A DNA stretch of 63,824 nt, the filler included, from Octopus bimaculoides (Eukaryota), in the NCBI RefSeq assembly GCF_001194135.2. It is 10 parts of 9 records of this genome, joined end to end, with 100 filler letters (N's around TTAATTAATTAA, not from the genome) between each part and the next. Parts side by side here need not be neighbours in the genome. Positions count along the whole stretch, not along the records: positions 11,875 to 36,205 come from NC_069008.1; 9 more parts are not named here. One strand, written 5' to 3'. The translations under genes and the position numbers were made by a program. Below the pieces are notes generated by a model that worked only from the letters and a program-made list of their open reading frames with translations, had not been told where the DNA came from and did no database searches. This document shows positions 24,917 through 35,628 of the stretch, piece by piece. Within the stretch, counting starts at the first letter, position 1. Every line of letters begins with the position of its first letter.

Positions 24917-25280
24917 TGCATGGCTGTGCGGTAAGAAGTTTGCTTCCCAACCACATAGTTCCGGGTTCAGTTGCACGGTGTGACACCTTGCACAAGTGTC
25001 TTCTACTATAGCTTCGGATTACAGTAGATGAAAACGGAAAGAAGCTAGGTACGTATATGTCTATACTTGTGCGTGTGTGTGTGTCCCCTTCCATCACCGC
25101 TTGACAACCGGTGTTGGTGTGTTTGTATCCCCATAACTTGATGGTTCAGCAAAACTGACTGATAAAATAAATATCATCAGGCTTAAAAATAAATAGGCAC
25201 TGAGGTTCATTAGTTTGAAATTCTTCCAGGTAATGCCCCAGCATGGCCACACACTAATAACTGAAACAAGTAACAGAAAC
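24917..25280 (+). mobile_element. SINE family A, diverged full-length copy
   Basis: Head, central TG tract and tail motifs are all recognisable. Confidence 0.7.
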
Positions 25281-25397
25281 GTCCTGTACCCAGATATGCA
25301 CCTATATATATACAGGTAGACGTAGGTATGCACATACCTGTACGTATATATGCATATACTCATTTATTATTTGTTTTTATATACATATATATATATA

Positions 25398-25765
25398 GGC
25401 ACAGGCATGTTTGTGGTAAAAAAGCTAGCATCCCAACTACATTGTTCTGGGTTCAGTCCCACTGCATGGCACCTTGGGCAAGTGTTTCCTACTATAGCCT
25501 TGGGCCAACCAAAGCATTATGAGAGGGGATATGGCAGGCAGAAACTGAAAGAAACCCATCGTGTGTGTGTGTGTGTGTGTGCTTGTTCTCCACAACCGCT
25601 TGATAACTGGTGTTGATGTGTTTACATATCCGTAGTTCAGCAAAAAAGATCAATAAACTTTAAAAAAAAAAAAAAAAAAGTACTGGGGTTGATTTATTTA
25701 ACTAAAAATTCTTCAAAGTGTTGCCCCAGCATGACCGCAGTCCAACAACTGAAACAAGTGAAAGA
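25398..25765 (+). mobile_element. SINE family A, diverged full-length copy
   Basis: Head, central TG tract and tail motifs are all recognisable. Confidence 0.72.
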
Positions 25766-26215
25766 TATGTCTATATGTCAATGTAAATATTTAGTTTCTT
25801 CATNNNNNNNNNNNNNNNNNNNNNNNNNNNNNNNNNNNNNNNNNNNNNNNNNNNNNNNNNNNNNNNNNNNNNNNNNNNNNNNNNNNNNNNNNNNNNNNNN
25901 NNNNNNNNNNNNNNNNNNNNNNNNNNNNNNNNNNNNNNNNNNNNNNNNNNNNNNNNNNNNNNNNNNNNNNNNNNNNNNNNNNNNNNNNNNNNNNNNNNNN
26001 NNNNNNNNNNNNNNNNNNNNNNNNNNNNNNNNNNNNNNNNNNNNNNNNNNNNNNNNNNNNNNNNNNNNNNNNNNNNNNNNNNNNNNNNNNNNNNNNNNNN
26101 NNNNNNNNNNNNNNNNNNNNNNNNNNNNNNNNNNNNNNNNNNNNNNNNNNNNNNNNNNNNNNNNNNNNNNNNNNNNNNNNNNNNNNNNNNNNNNNNNNNN
26201 NNNNNNNNNNNNNNN

Positions 26216-26702
26216 TTGGCACTCTGTCGCTTACAACGTCGAGGGTTCCAGTTGATCTGATCAATGGAACAGCTCTGCTCGTGAAATTAACGTGCAAGTG
26301 GCTGAGCACTCCACAGACACGTGTACCCTTAACATAGTTCTCGGGGGAAATTTAGCGTGACACGGAGTGTAATAAAGCTGGCCCTCTGAAATGCAGGTAC
26401 GACAGATACAGGAAGAAAGAGTGGTCTGGTCTGGTCTGGGAATCGAAACCGCGATCCTACGACCGTGAGTCTGCTGTCCTAACCACTGGGCCATTGCACT
26501 TCCACAAAGGAGCACTCCGTCAGTTGCGACGACGAGGGTTCCAGTTGATCCGATCAACGGAACAGCCTGCTCGTGAAATTAACGTGCAAGTGGCTAAGCA
26601 CTCCACAGACACGCGTACCCTTAACGTAGTTCTCGGGGATATTCAGCGTGACACAGAGTGTGACAAGGCTGACCCTTTGAATTACAGGCACAACAGAAAC
26701 AG
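26216..26702 (-). mobile_element. Two tandem copies of tRNA-derived SINE family C
   Basis: Minus-strand head GCAATGGCCCAGTGGTTAGG (A box) and GGTTTCGATTCCC (B box) at about 26430-26500. The body TTGCACGTTAATTTCACGAGCAG..GTTCC.TTGATC is repeated at about 26216-26400 and 26512-26702. Confidence 0.75.
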
Positions 26703-27224
26703 NNNNNNNNNNNNNNNNNNNNNNNNNNNNNNNNNNNNNNNNNNNNNNNNNNNNNNNNNNNNNNNNNNNNNNNNNNNNNNNNNNNNNNNNNNNNNNNNNN
26801 NNNNNNNNNNNNNNNNNNNNNNNNNNNNNNNNNNNNNNNNNNNNNNNNNNNNNNNNNNNNNNNNNNNNNNNNNNNNNNNNNNNNNNNNNNNNNNNNNNNN
26901 NNNNNNNNNNNNNNNNNNNNNNNNNNNNNNNNNNNNNNNNNNNNNNNNNNNNNNNNNNNNNNNNNNNNNNNNNNNNNNNNNNNNNNNNNNNNNNNNNNNN
27001 NNNNNNNNNNNNNNNNNNNNNNNNNNNNNNNNNNNNNNNNNNNNNNNNNNNNNNNNNTTATACTTTTTATATTTGTCATTGTATTTTCCAATAAACAGAT
27101 TCAATAAACCTCTTTTGAATTCATAGAATCTATGATTTTCTTCCTTTCAAATCAAGGGTGTAACATTGAGGTAAATAAATATATTTTGGGGGTAATTAGT
27201 TAAAAAAAGTTCCCTGACTCCGGT

Positions 27225-27425
27225 TGTCAAGTGATGTTGAGGGGGACAAACACAGACACAAACACACGGCAGGCTTCTTTCAGTTTCCTTCTACCAAATC
27301 CACTCACAAGGCTTTGGTCGGCCCGAGGCTATAGTAGAAAACCCTTACCCAAGGTGCCATGCAGTGGGACTGAACCCAGAACCATGTGGTTGGTAAGAAA
27401 GCTACTTACCACACAGCCACTCCTG
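27225..27425 (-). mobile_element. SINE family A, partial
   Basis: Reverse-oriented head and centre (CTTACCACACAGCCACTCCTG). Confidence 0.78.
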
Positions 27426-28174
27426 CAGACACACACGTATATTTTATCTTTTTATGAAGCCAAAATAATATAAGTTCTAAGAAATAATAATAAAAGTCTA
27501 TGGTTTGTATTGTTACACTGTGTTTCAATATTTCAGAGCCAGAGGCCCTTCTTCAGGAAGGCTTTCAAGAAATGGTTTTGCAAGCTACACAGAAACCTCA
27601 CAAGGGCTGGTGCCACAACACAAAAAGGCACAGAGTGGTTGGTAATATAGCAAGGGCATTCAACCGCAGAAATCATCCCAAAACTGAGATACTGGAACAA
27701 GACAGAATCTTAGGACATACTGGATCCCGTTAAATCAGTGGTCCCTTAGGGGTCCATGTAAGATTTTGTTAAACCTTCAACACACAAAATATTTGAGCAA
27801 TTATTTTTAAATACAATTCGTGGCCATGCTGGGGTACCCCCTTGAAGGGATTTTTCAGCTGAGCAAATTGACCCCCAGAACTTTCTTTTTTTTTGTAAGC
27901 CTAATACTTATTCTATCAGGCTCTTTTGCCAATCTAAATTATGGGAATGTAAACACACCAACATTGGTTGTCAAGCAATGTTGGAGGAGACAAACACAGA
28001 CACAAAGGTACACACACACATATATATATATACATTCTCACACACACACAACAGGCTTCTTTTCAGTTTCTGTCTTCCAAATCCACTCTCACAAGGCTTT
28101 GGTTGGCCCATGCTCCAGCATGGCCGCAGTCAAAATGACTGAAACAAAAGAATAAAAGAGAAATACATGCGCAT

Positions 28175-28600
28175 AGGCGCAGGAGTGGCTGTATGGTAAG
28201 TTGCTTACCAACCACATGGTTCCGGGTTCAGTCCCACTGCGTGACACCTTGGGCAAATGTCTTCTACTATAGCCCCGTGCCGACCAAAGCCTTGTGAGTA
28301 GATTTGGTAGACGGAAACTGAAAGAAGCCCGTCGTATGTATGTATATATATATGTGTGCGCGCGCGCGCGCGTGTATTTGTGTTTCTGTGTTTGTCCCCC
28401 CCCCCCCAGCATTGCTTGACAACCGATGTTGGTGCGTTTACGTCCCCGTAACTTAGCGGTTCGGCAAAAGTGAATGATAGAATAAGTACTAGGCTTCCAA
28501 AGAATAAGTCCTGGGGTCGATTTGCCCGACTAAAGGCGGTGCTCCAGCATGGCCACAGTCAAACGACTGAAACAAGTAAAAGAGTAAAAAAAGTAAAGAG
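28175..28600 (+). mobile_element. tRNA-derived SINE family A (CORE/OR-type octopus SINE-like), best full-length copy
   Basis: Head AGGCGCAGGAGTGGCTGT.TGGTAAG (A-box-like), GGTTCAGTCCC (B-box-like) and a CORE-like GTGACACCTTGGGCAA. Central (TA)/(TG)/(CG) microsatellite. Tail GGCGGTGCTCCAGCATGGCCACAGTCAAACGACTGAAACAAGTAAAAG. More than 20 further whole or half copies occur in the window. The family name is from recall. Confidence 0.85.
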
Positions 28601-28904
28601 TATAACAAAACAATATTGAGATTTTCTTCTGACTTACAGTTATTTAAGGGACAGTAAACTATTTTCACAAGTCCTCTTTCTACCCCTTATATTGCCCCCA
28701 CCCCGCCTCCTCATACACACATACACGCACACTTTACAGTCTATAGCAGATGGAAGAAAGCCAAGTTTCCCAAGCTCTTTTATTATATACCATATACGCC
28801 CCCCNNNNNNNNNNNNNNNNNNNNNNNNNNNNNNNNNNNNNNNNNNNNNNNNNNNNNNNNNNNNNNNNNNNNNNNNNNNNNNNNNNNNNNNNNNNNNNNN
28901 NNNN

Positions 28905-29059
28905 TACGACAGGCTTCTTTCAGTTTCTGTCTACCAAATCCATTCACAAGGCTTAGGACAGCCCAAGGTTATAGTACAAGACACTTGCCCAAGGTGCCAT
29001 GCAGGAGGATTGAACACGGAACCATGCGGTTTGGAAACAAGCTTATCACATAGCCACAC

Positions 29060-29095
<36 letters not shown>

Positions 29096-29270
29096 GTGTG
29101 CGTGTGTGTGTGTGAGTGGTTTCATTCAGTTTCTGTCCACCAAATCCACTCACAAGGCTTTGGTTGGCCAGAGGCTATAGGAAAAGACACTTGCCCAAGG
29201 TGTCATGTAGTGGGAGTGAACCCAGAACCATGTGCTTGAGAAGTAAGCTTCTAACCACACGGCCAGGCCT
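28905..29270 (-). mobile_element. Two tandem SINE A 5' halves separated by (TG)n
   Basis: Copies at about 28905-29060 and 29112-29270, both reverse-oriented heads. Confidence 0.7.
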
Positions 29271-29271
29271 A

Positions 29272-29401
29272 TAAAAATGATGAAATTTAAGCGATTTTCA
29301 AATCTTATTGGACTCTCATCAGATTTGACCAATTTGAACGTAAAACAGGAAGAATACTCGGAGGTGGGTGGGTATGGCCAGCTTAAATACTAAAGGATTA
29401 A
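29272..29401 (+). mobile_element. piggyBac-type MITE right terminus
   Basis: AATACTAAAGGA|TTAA, a 10/12 inverted match to the 22746 terminus. Confidence 0.4.
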
Positions 29402-29647
29402 ATATCAACACGGTAAGACAACGCAGTCTTGGGCGGGTTGGTACTAAATGGGGTGGTGAAGGACTAAATAAAACAACCACTTCAATATCACCATTCAATT
29501 ACAATCCTTCCTCCGTCTTTCTCAATAATGCAATCCAACACATCAAAGTATTCCAGTAATACCAAAAGACAATTAATCAAACAAACAGGCGCACAAGGAC
29601 AGGACCAGAGCCAGATCAGAGGACATAAAACTCAGGTGAGCCACCTA

Positions 29648-29681
<34 letters not shown>

Positions 29682-30293
29682 GGCCGGTCAAGGGTCAGTC
29701 AACTACCATTGTCGTCGCAGTTGTTGCTAAGATATTTTAGTTGCTATGCCATAAAAAAACTAACCACTTGAAAAGTCTTACAGAAATATAGTGGTGGGCA
29801 GCACTGACTGTTGAACATTCATTCCTTTATTGCAGCAAGCACATACCTTATTTATTTATTTATTTTATTATTATTATTATTATTGTTATTGTTATTATCA
29901 TTATTATTATTATTAAGAGGTCACAGATTTTGACTGTGAGATTTATGAAAAAAGAAACAAAGAAAAAAACCTACAAATCTCTTTAACTCTCTCAGAACCG
30001 AAACTGTCAGTACTACTAATGTTCAAGTTGTTAACTACAGTGTAATTATTATGTAACTGCAAATCATAAATAATTGACAATACAGGGAATAGACATTAAG
30101 GAAGGACACTTTCCCACCACTAACACCACCACCGCCGCCGCCACCAAAGTGGAGTGGGGGAGGGGAGTGGTACGAAGTTTGCTTCCCTACCACATGGTTC
30201 TGTATTCTGTCCTGCAGCATGGCACCATGAGCAAGCATCATCTACTATAGTCCTGGGAGTGGATTTGGTAGGCAGAAACTGAAAGAAGCCCAT

Positions 30294-30336
<43 letters not shown>

Positions 30337-30351
30337 TATGTACATTTATGA

Positions 30352-30707
30352 AGGCAGCGAGCTGGCAGAAACGTTAGCACGCCGGGCGAAATGCCTAGTG
30401 GTATTTAGTCTGTCTTTACGTTCTGAGTTCAAATTCTGCCGAGGTCAACTTTGCCGTTCATCCTTTTAGGGTCGATAAACTAAGTACCAATTACGCACTG
30501 GGGTCGATGTAATCGACTTAATCTCTTTGTCTGTCCTTGTTTGTCCCCTCTATGTTTAGCCCCTTGTGGGCAATAAAGAAATAAGAAATGTTAGCACGCC
30601 GAGCGGAATGCTTAACGGTATTTCGTCTGCCGCTACGTTGAGTTCAAATTCTGCCGAGGTCAACTTTGCCGTTCATCCTTTTAGGGTCGATAAACTAAGT
30701 ACCAATT
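30352..30707 (+). mobile_element. Two head-to-tail SINE B1 copies, the second cut by a gap
   Basis: Full copy at about 30352-30585. The second starts at AGAAATGTTAGCAC. Confidence 0.82.
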
Positions 30708-31074
30708 NNNNNNNNNNNNNNNNNNNNNNNNNNNNNNNNNNNNNNNNNNNNNNNNNNNNNNNNNNNNNNNNNNNNNNNNNNNNNNNNNNNNNNNNNNNNN
30801 NNNNNNNNNNNNNNNNNNNNNNNNNNNNNNNNNNNNNNNNNNNNNNNNNNNNNNNNNNNNNNNNNNNNNNNNNNNNNNNNNNNNNNNNNNNNNNNNNNNN
30901 NNNNNNNNNNNNNNNNNNNNNNNNNNNNNNNNNNNNNNNNNNNNNNNNNNNNNNNNNNNNNNNNNNNNNNNNNNNNNNNNNNNNNNNNNNNNNNNNNNNN
31001 NNNNNNNNNNNNNNNNNNNNNNNNNNNNNNNNNNNNNNNNNNNNNNNNNNNNNNNNNNNNNNNNNNNNNNNNNN

Positions 31075-31099
<25 letters not shown>

Positions 31100-31107
<8 letters not shown>

Positions 31108-31333
31108 ATGTATATGTTTGTGTGTCTGTGTTTGTCCTCCCAACATCGCTTGACAACCGATGCTGGTGTGTTTACGTCCCCGTAACTTAGCGGTTCGGCA
31201 AAAGAGAGACCGATAGAATAAGTACTAGGCTTACAAAGAATATGTCCTGGGGTCGATTTGCTCAACTAAAGGCGGTGCTCCAGCATGGCCACAGTCAAAT
31301 GACTGAAACAAGTAAAAGAGTAAAAGAGAGTAA
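31100..31333 (+). mobile_element. SINE family A 3' half, young copy
   Basis: Near-identical to the 3' half of the 28175 copy. Begins at the microsatellite edge of a gap. Confidence 0.82.
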
Positions 31334-31856
31334 AATCTGCATATAAAGAGGAATAAATAAACAAATTATTCTGGATCGGTTATAATTTATTCCGAAGTTA
31401 TTGCTAGAAATGATAGTTAAGGATAGAAAACAAGAACAATATAATGAACAATGGATTTCAGGTTAGAAATAAGTGACAGATACGTCTAGAGTACAGCCAA
31501 CGTATATTTTCATTCAAATGTATATTTACTACTAGACATCTCTGAACGGAAATATACAGGTTAATATGTTAGGAGGTGAACAATGAACAGATAGCAAATA
31601 GACTAGTAATAATCGGACATCATTTTTACAGTCATAACACAGGGAAAAGAAACAAAAGAATAGAAAGACATCTAAGACAAGTTGGTGCCATTCCACCAGT
31701 CAGTCCGTCAGTAATAAGTACCAGGTCAATGTGGTCCAGTCTCTGCCTGCCTGGCCCACTGTTGGTCACCACAAGTGTTCCAGTTGATCCGGATCAACAG
31801 AAGAGGCTGCTCGTGAAATTAAGGCGCAAGTGGCTGAGCACTCCGCATATATGTGT

Positions 31857-32079
31857 TATTTCTTTACTACCCACAAGGGGCTACACACAGAGGGGACAAA
31901 CAAAGACAGACAAACAGATTAAGTCAATTATATCGACCCCAGTGCGTAACTGGTACTTATTTAATTGACCCCGAAAGGATGAAAGGCAAAGTCGACCTCG
32001 GCGGCAATTTGAACTCAGAACGTAGCGGCAGACGAAAGACCGCTAAGCATTTCGCCCGGCGTGCTAACGATTCTGCCAG
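31857..32079 (-). mobile_element. SINE family B1 with a ~16-bp TSD
   Basis: CTCCGCATATATGTGT at 31841-31856 and 32080-32095. Inserted in an older family C SINE. Confidence 0.88.
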
Positions 32080-32435
32080 CTCCGCATATATGTGTACCAT
32101 TAACATGATACTTGGGGAGATCCAGTGTAATATGGAATGTGACAAGTCTGGCCCCCTTGAAATACAAGTACTACTCATTTTTTTTCTTCTCCAGCTGAAT
32201 GGAGTGGACACAATGTGAAATAAAGTGTTTTGCTCAGGGACACAATGCACCACTGGGAACTGAACTTGCAGCCTTGCGATTGTGAGCCAAATACTCTGGC
32301 CGTCAGTAATAGGCACAGGTATGTTTCTGGTTCTCAGGTTACAGTCTACCAAAACAAGCTGGTGACAGAACCTCTATGTGGTTATTTGTTCTACTAGAAA
32401 TAACAGCCAGATTTCACTCAAATCATACCCTATGT

Positions 32436-32853
32436 CAGTGTTTCTCAACCTTTTTACCCTTGTGTAACCCTTAAAATAAACAACATGTCTCAGGGACCCC
32501 TGCACAAAAGAAATCATATGCCATATCATTCTCATATATTTTCATCATAGTTTATGTGGTCATCTTCATCGTTTAACATCCGCTTTCAATGCTGGTATGG
32601 GTTGGACGGTTTGACTGAGGACTGGTGAGCCAGATGGTGTCCATAAATTACTGACATCACTAAATATATCCCCAATGGCTGTTATATATATATATTTTTA
32701 ATAACATAACAGGTTAAATAGGATGATATCTATATTACAATAACCAATATGATGTGCCTGTATAGTAATATTACAATCATGAAATTAGCATTAGCTTATC
32801 TCACTCGCAGAACCCCCAGGAACCTTTTGTGGAACCCTGGTTGAGAAACGCTG
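32436..32853. mobile_element. hAT (Charlie-like) non-autonomous element / MITE
   Basis: TIRs CAGTGTTTCTCAACC / GGTTGAGAAACGCTG (14/15 match), non-coding interior. An RTE-like 3' tail fragment is nested at about 32555-32640. No identical 8-bp TSD. Confidence 0.7.
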
Positions 32854-33789
32854 CTCTAACCATTAAGCCATGCAACTTCACCAGCCCACTCTGGCTGTCA
32901 GTAATAGGTACAAGTATATGTGTTTCAAATTCTCAGACTACAGTCCGTCCGCCAATCAGTCCAAAACAAGCCGATGAAGGAACCTCTATGTGGTTATTTG
33001 ACCTACTAGAAATAACAGCCAGATTTCACTCAAATCATACCCTATGTGGTTGTTGAAAAAAATTCACTTTGCAGCCATGTGGATTTATGTTTTCTCCCAC
33101 CGAGTGGCCCCGTGAACATAAATGTAGAGACAGAGGTAAAGACAAAACCAACTTCAGAAATAAAAATTCTTTGTTCAAATACAGCCTGGGTCAGTCTTTT
33201 GCATTTCATCATTTTTTTAAAAGAATTTATTTATTTATAGATTTTTTTTGATTTTTTTGCATTATATTCTATACATATCCAGAAATAAGACATCTGATGA
33301 CAGGCAGAGATCAAACTGATCAATACATAATACAAATGTAATTACTAAAAATTGCTTCCTCTCTAACGAGCAGTTTAATAATCTGAAAAATGTTAATCTT
33401 ACTAGAAACAGTTCCTACAAGAATATGACAATACGACCCACATATCGGTGCTGATTAATGTTACCCCCACCAGCCTACCTATTTGCGTTTACAAGAACTC
33501 TAAGATCATCAGCTATTTCTATTACTATGTTATTGATTTTTTTTTTAAAGCTTTTGTTTGTTTTATTTTTTTTCCCCCTTTATTATTATTATCCATTATT
33601 TTTTTTTTCTTTCTCTTAATTCCATTCTGCTTTCAGTAAAATGCCAAAATTTCTGAGATATGAATAGAAATGGAATATTTTAAAGAGAATTATGTATAAA
33701 TTGGAGTGATTAATCTAGAATTACAAATTGGATGTGAAGACTTGTGAATGTGGGTCAATAAATATCTCCCTTGATAGAGAGAGATATAA

Positions 33790-34000
33790 AAAGAGAAAGA
33801 ATAAAAGAAAAGGAGGCTTCTATATAGTCACACAATCTGCTAAAAATGGTAGCTAAAGCTCCTTAAAAATCAAAACCTAGTGTCATAAAAAGAGTAGGGG
33901 GAAAATAACGATGCATTACATTATGCAGGCCTAGATATACAAAACAAGCAGGATGGTCATGACTGGAATATCTTCCATCATAAGTCTGCTCAATCAACAT
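33790..34000 (+). repeat. Unclassified old interspersed repeat (family D)
   Basis: Motif chain CTCTAT.TGG..TGCTA.AAAT.GCAGC.AAA...CTCAAATCA...AAAAGGAAGGG..CA.GATGGTCATG.CTGGAAT. Recurs at about 15815-15935, 16455-16570, 16840-17005, 19780-20000, 32370-32435 and 32970-33047, and reversed at about 22010-22100 and 22400-22500. Confidence 0.5.
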
Positions 34001-34717
34001 CATCAATCGGCACTAGCACAAACCAGTCCCTTGCCCACAATGACATGTACTTGTGCAGGCCATTTTGCAATCAAATCATTGGCAACTTAATTCACAATCT
34101 TGTAAGTTCAGTTCTCAACAGGGCTTAAATGCCCCCCACCCCACACACCAGCAATACTAAAATAAAAATAAAAAGCTGTCAAAGCAATAGCGTAGGTTGA
34201 TTGCTCCTCACGCTGAAAAGTGTCAAGGCAGACCATAACAGGCCACAGCACTGGTATCCCATGGCAAGCAGACAAGTTTCATATTATCTTTAAAAAAAAA
34301 AAAGCATAGCTGTGCCAGGAATACAAGGACATCATAGAACAAGATTTGTGAAGATGGAACTTGCAACTCAATTTCCACACTAATCAAACTCACTGGCAAA
34401 AGGCCCCCTGCAGGGTTACAAAGAAACCTCGGAAACATTCTTGACAACAAGGAAATGCCAAGAAGTATTCTCACAGTGAGACTAAATATGCCCATTAAAG
34501 TTCTGGTATATTATTTACATTCACACATTTATCATAATGATAATGCGCTGGTACATTTGTTAATATATATGTGTGCGTGTGCATGTATTATACATACTAT
34601 ATATATATATATGTATGTATCTATGTATACAAATAAATAAAAATATGTGTATACATATATATAAATAAATGTGCATCTATGTATATATATATAAATGTGG
34701 ATGTGTGTGTCAGCCCG

Positions 34718-34782
34718 CAGTCAAACCGTCCAACCCATGCCTGCATGGAAAGCAGACATTAAACGACAATGATTATGATGTG
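34718..34782 (+). mobile_element. RTE-like LINE/SINE 3' tail with (GAT)n
   Basis: GTCAAACCGTCCAACCCATGCCTGCATGGAAAGCAGACATTAAACGACAATGATTATGATG. Similar tails at about 32555-32630 (-), 35700-35815 and 58955-59025. Confidence 0.5.
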
Positions 34783-34938
34783 TGTGTATGTATGTATGTG
34801 TACTTAGAAATACATTCACATATATATGTATATACACACACACATATATATATACATAAATAAATAAATAAATATAGATACACATACAAAACAGCAGAAC
34901 CAATCAGATATAGCACATTCACATACATACATATATAT

Positions 34939-34986
<48 letters not shown>

Positions 34987-35479
34987 TACATATATATATA
35001 TTTCTAAGCTCTTGGAGAATTCATGACAAATGGTAAAATGGCATTCAGTTTTGCAATATTCCGTTTTAAATTTGTCAGTGTTGTGCTATGAAAAGAGTAA
35101 CTCTATTGTTGAATTGGTGTTTGAAAGCTGTTATGACATTCACACTATGAATAATTTATAGATATCCATTGTAATATATCAGATACACACACACACACAC
35201 ATTCCGGATGTTTCTTTTCATTCCTTTATTAGTTTCAGTTATTCGACTATTACAACAATGATGGGGCAGAGACGTTTTGCCATTATCTATTTATTTATTT
35301 TGTTGATTCAGTTTTAGGAGATTCAATTTCTGTGGTAAGAGGTCCGCTTCCCTATCACATGGTTCTGGTTTCAATCCTACTGCATGGCACCACAGACCAG
35401 GGACAATCAAAGACTTGAGTGGATTTGGGAGATGGAATCTCAAAGAAGCCTACTGCACGCGTGTGTGTATGTGTGTGTG

Positions 35480-35628
35480 TGGTGAAGGTGCATGATCCAT
35501 GGTAAGAGTGATGGGCTCACAATCATAAAGTAGTGAGATCGATTCCAGGACCAGGCTGTGTGTTGTGTTCTTGAGCAAGACACTTTATTTCACGTTGCTC
35601 CAGTTCTCTCAGCTGCAAAAATTTTTAC
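35480..35628 (+). mobile_element. tRNA-headed SINE fragment with a Meta/MESC-like central domain
   Basis: GAGATCGATTCC B-box, then TGTGTTGTGTTCTTGAGCAAGACACTTTATTTCACGTTGCTCCAG. The same domain occurs reversed at about 32200-32250 and 49165-49215. The domain name is from recall. Confidence 0.55.

Noticed and set aside
26430-26505. tRNA-like sequence with A and B boxes
   Set aside because: It is the head of SINE family C. No complete acceptor stem or cloverleaf, so not a tRNA gene.
29281-29330. Minus-strand CTGATGA...GAAA hammerhead-like match
   Set aside because: Helices I and III do not pair convincingly, and it lies within a piggyBac-type end. Likely chance.
29368-29559. MASLNTKGL resembling an APE endonuclease N-terminus
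   Set aside because: The motif is the translated MITE terminus (CTTAAATACTAAAGGATTAA), and nothing APE-like follows.
34223-34495. Hydrophobic 90-aa minus ORF as a candidate TM exon
   Set aside because: No ERY/DRY, CWxP or NPxxY motif, and it includes a poly-F from an A-run.
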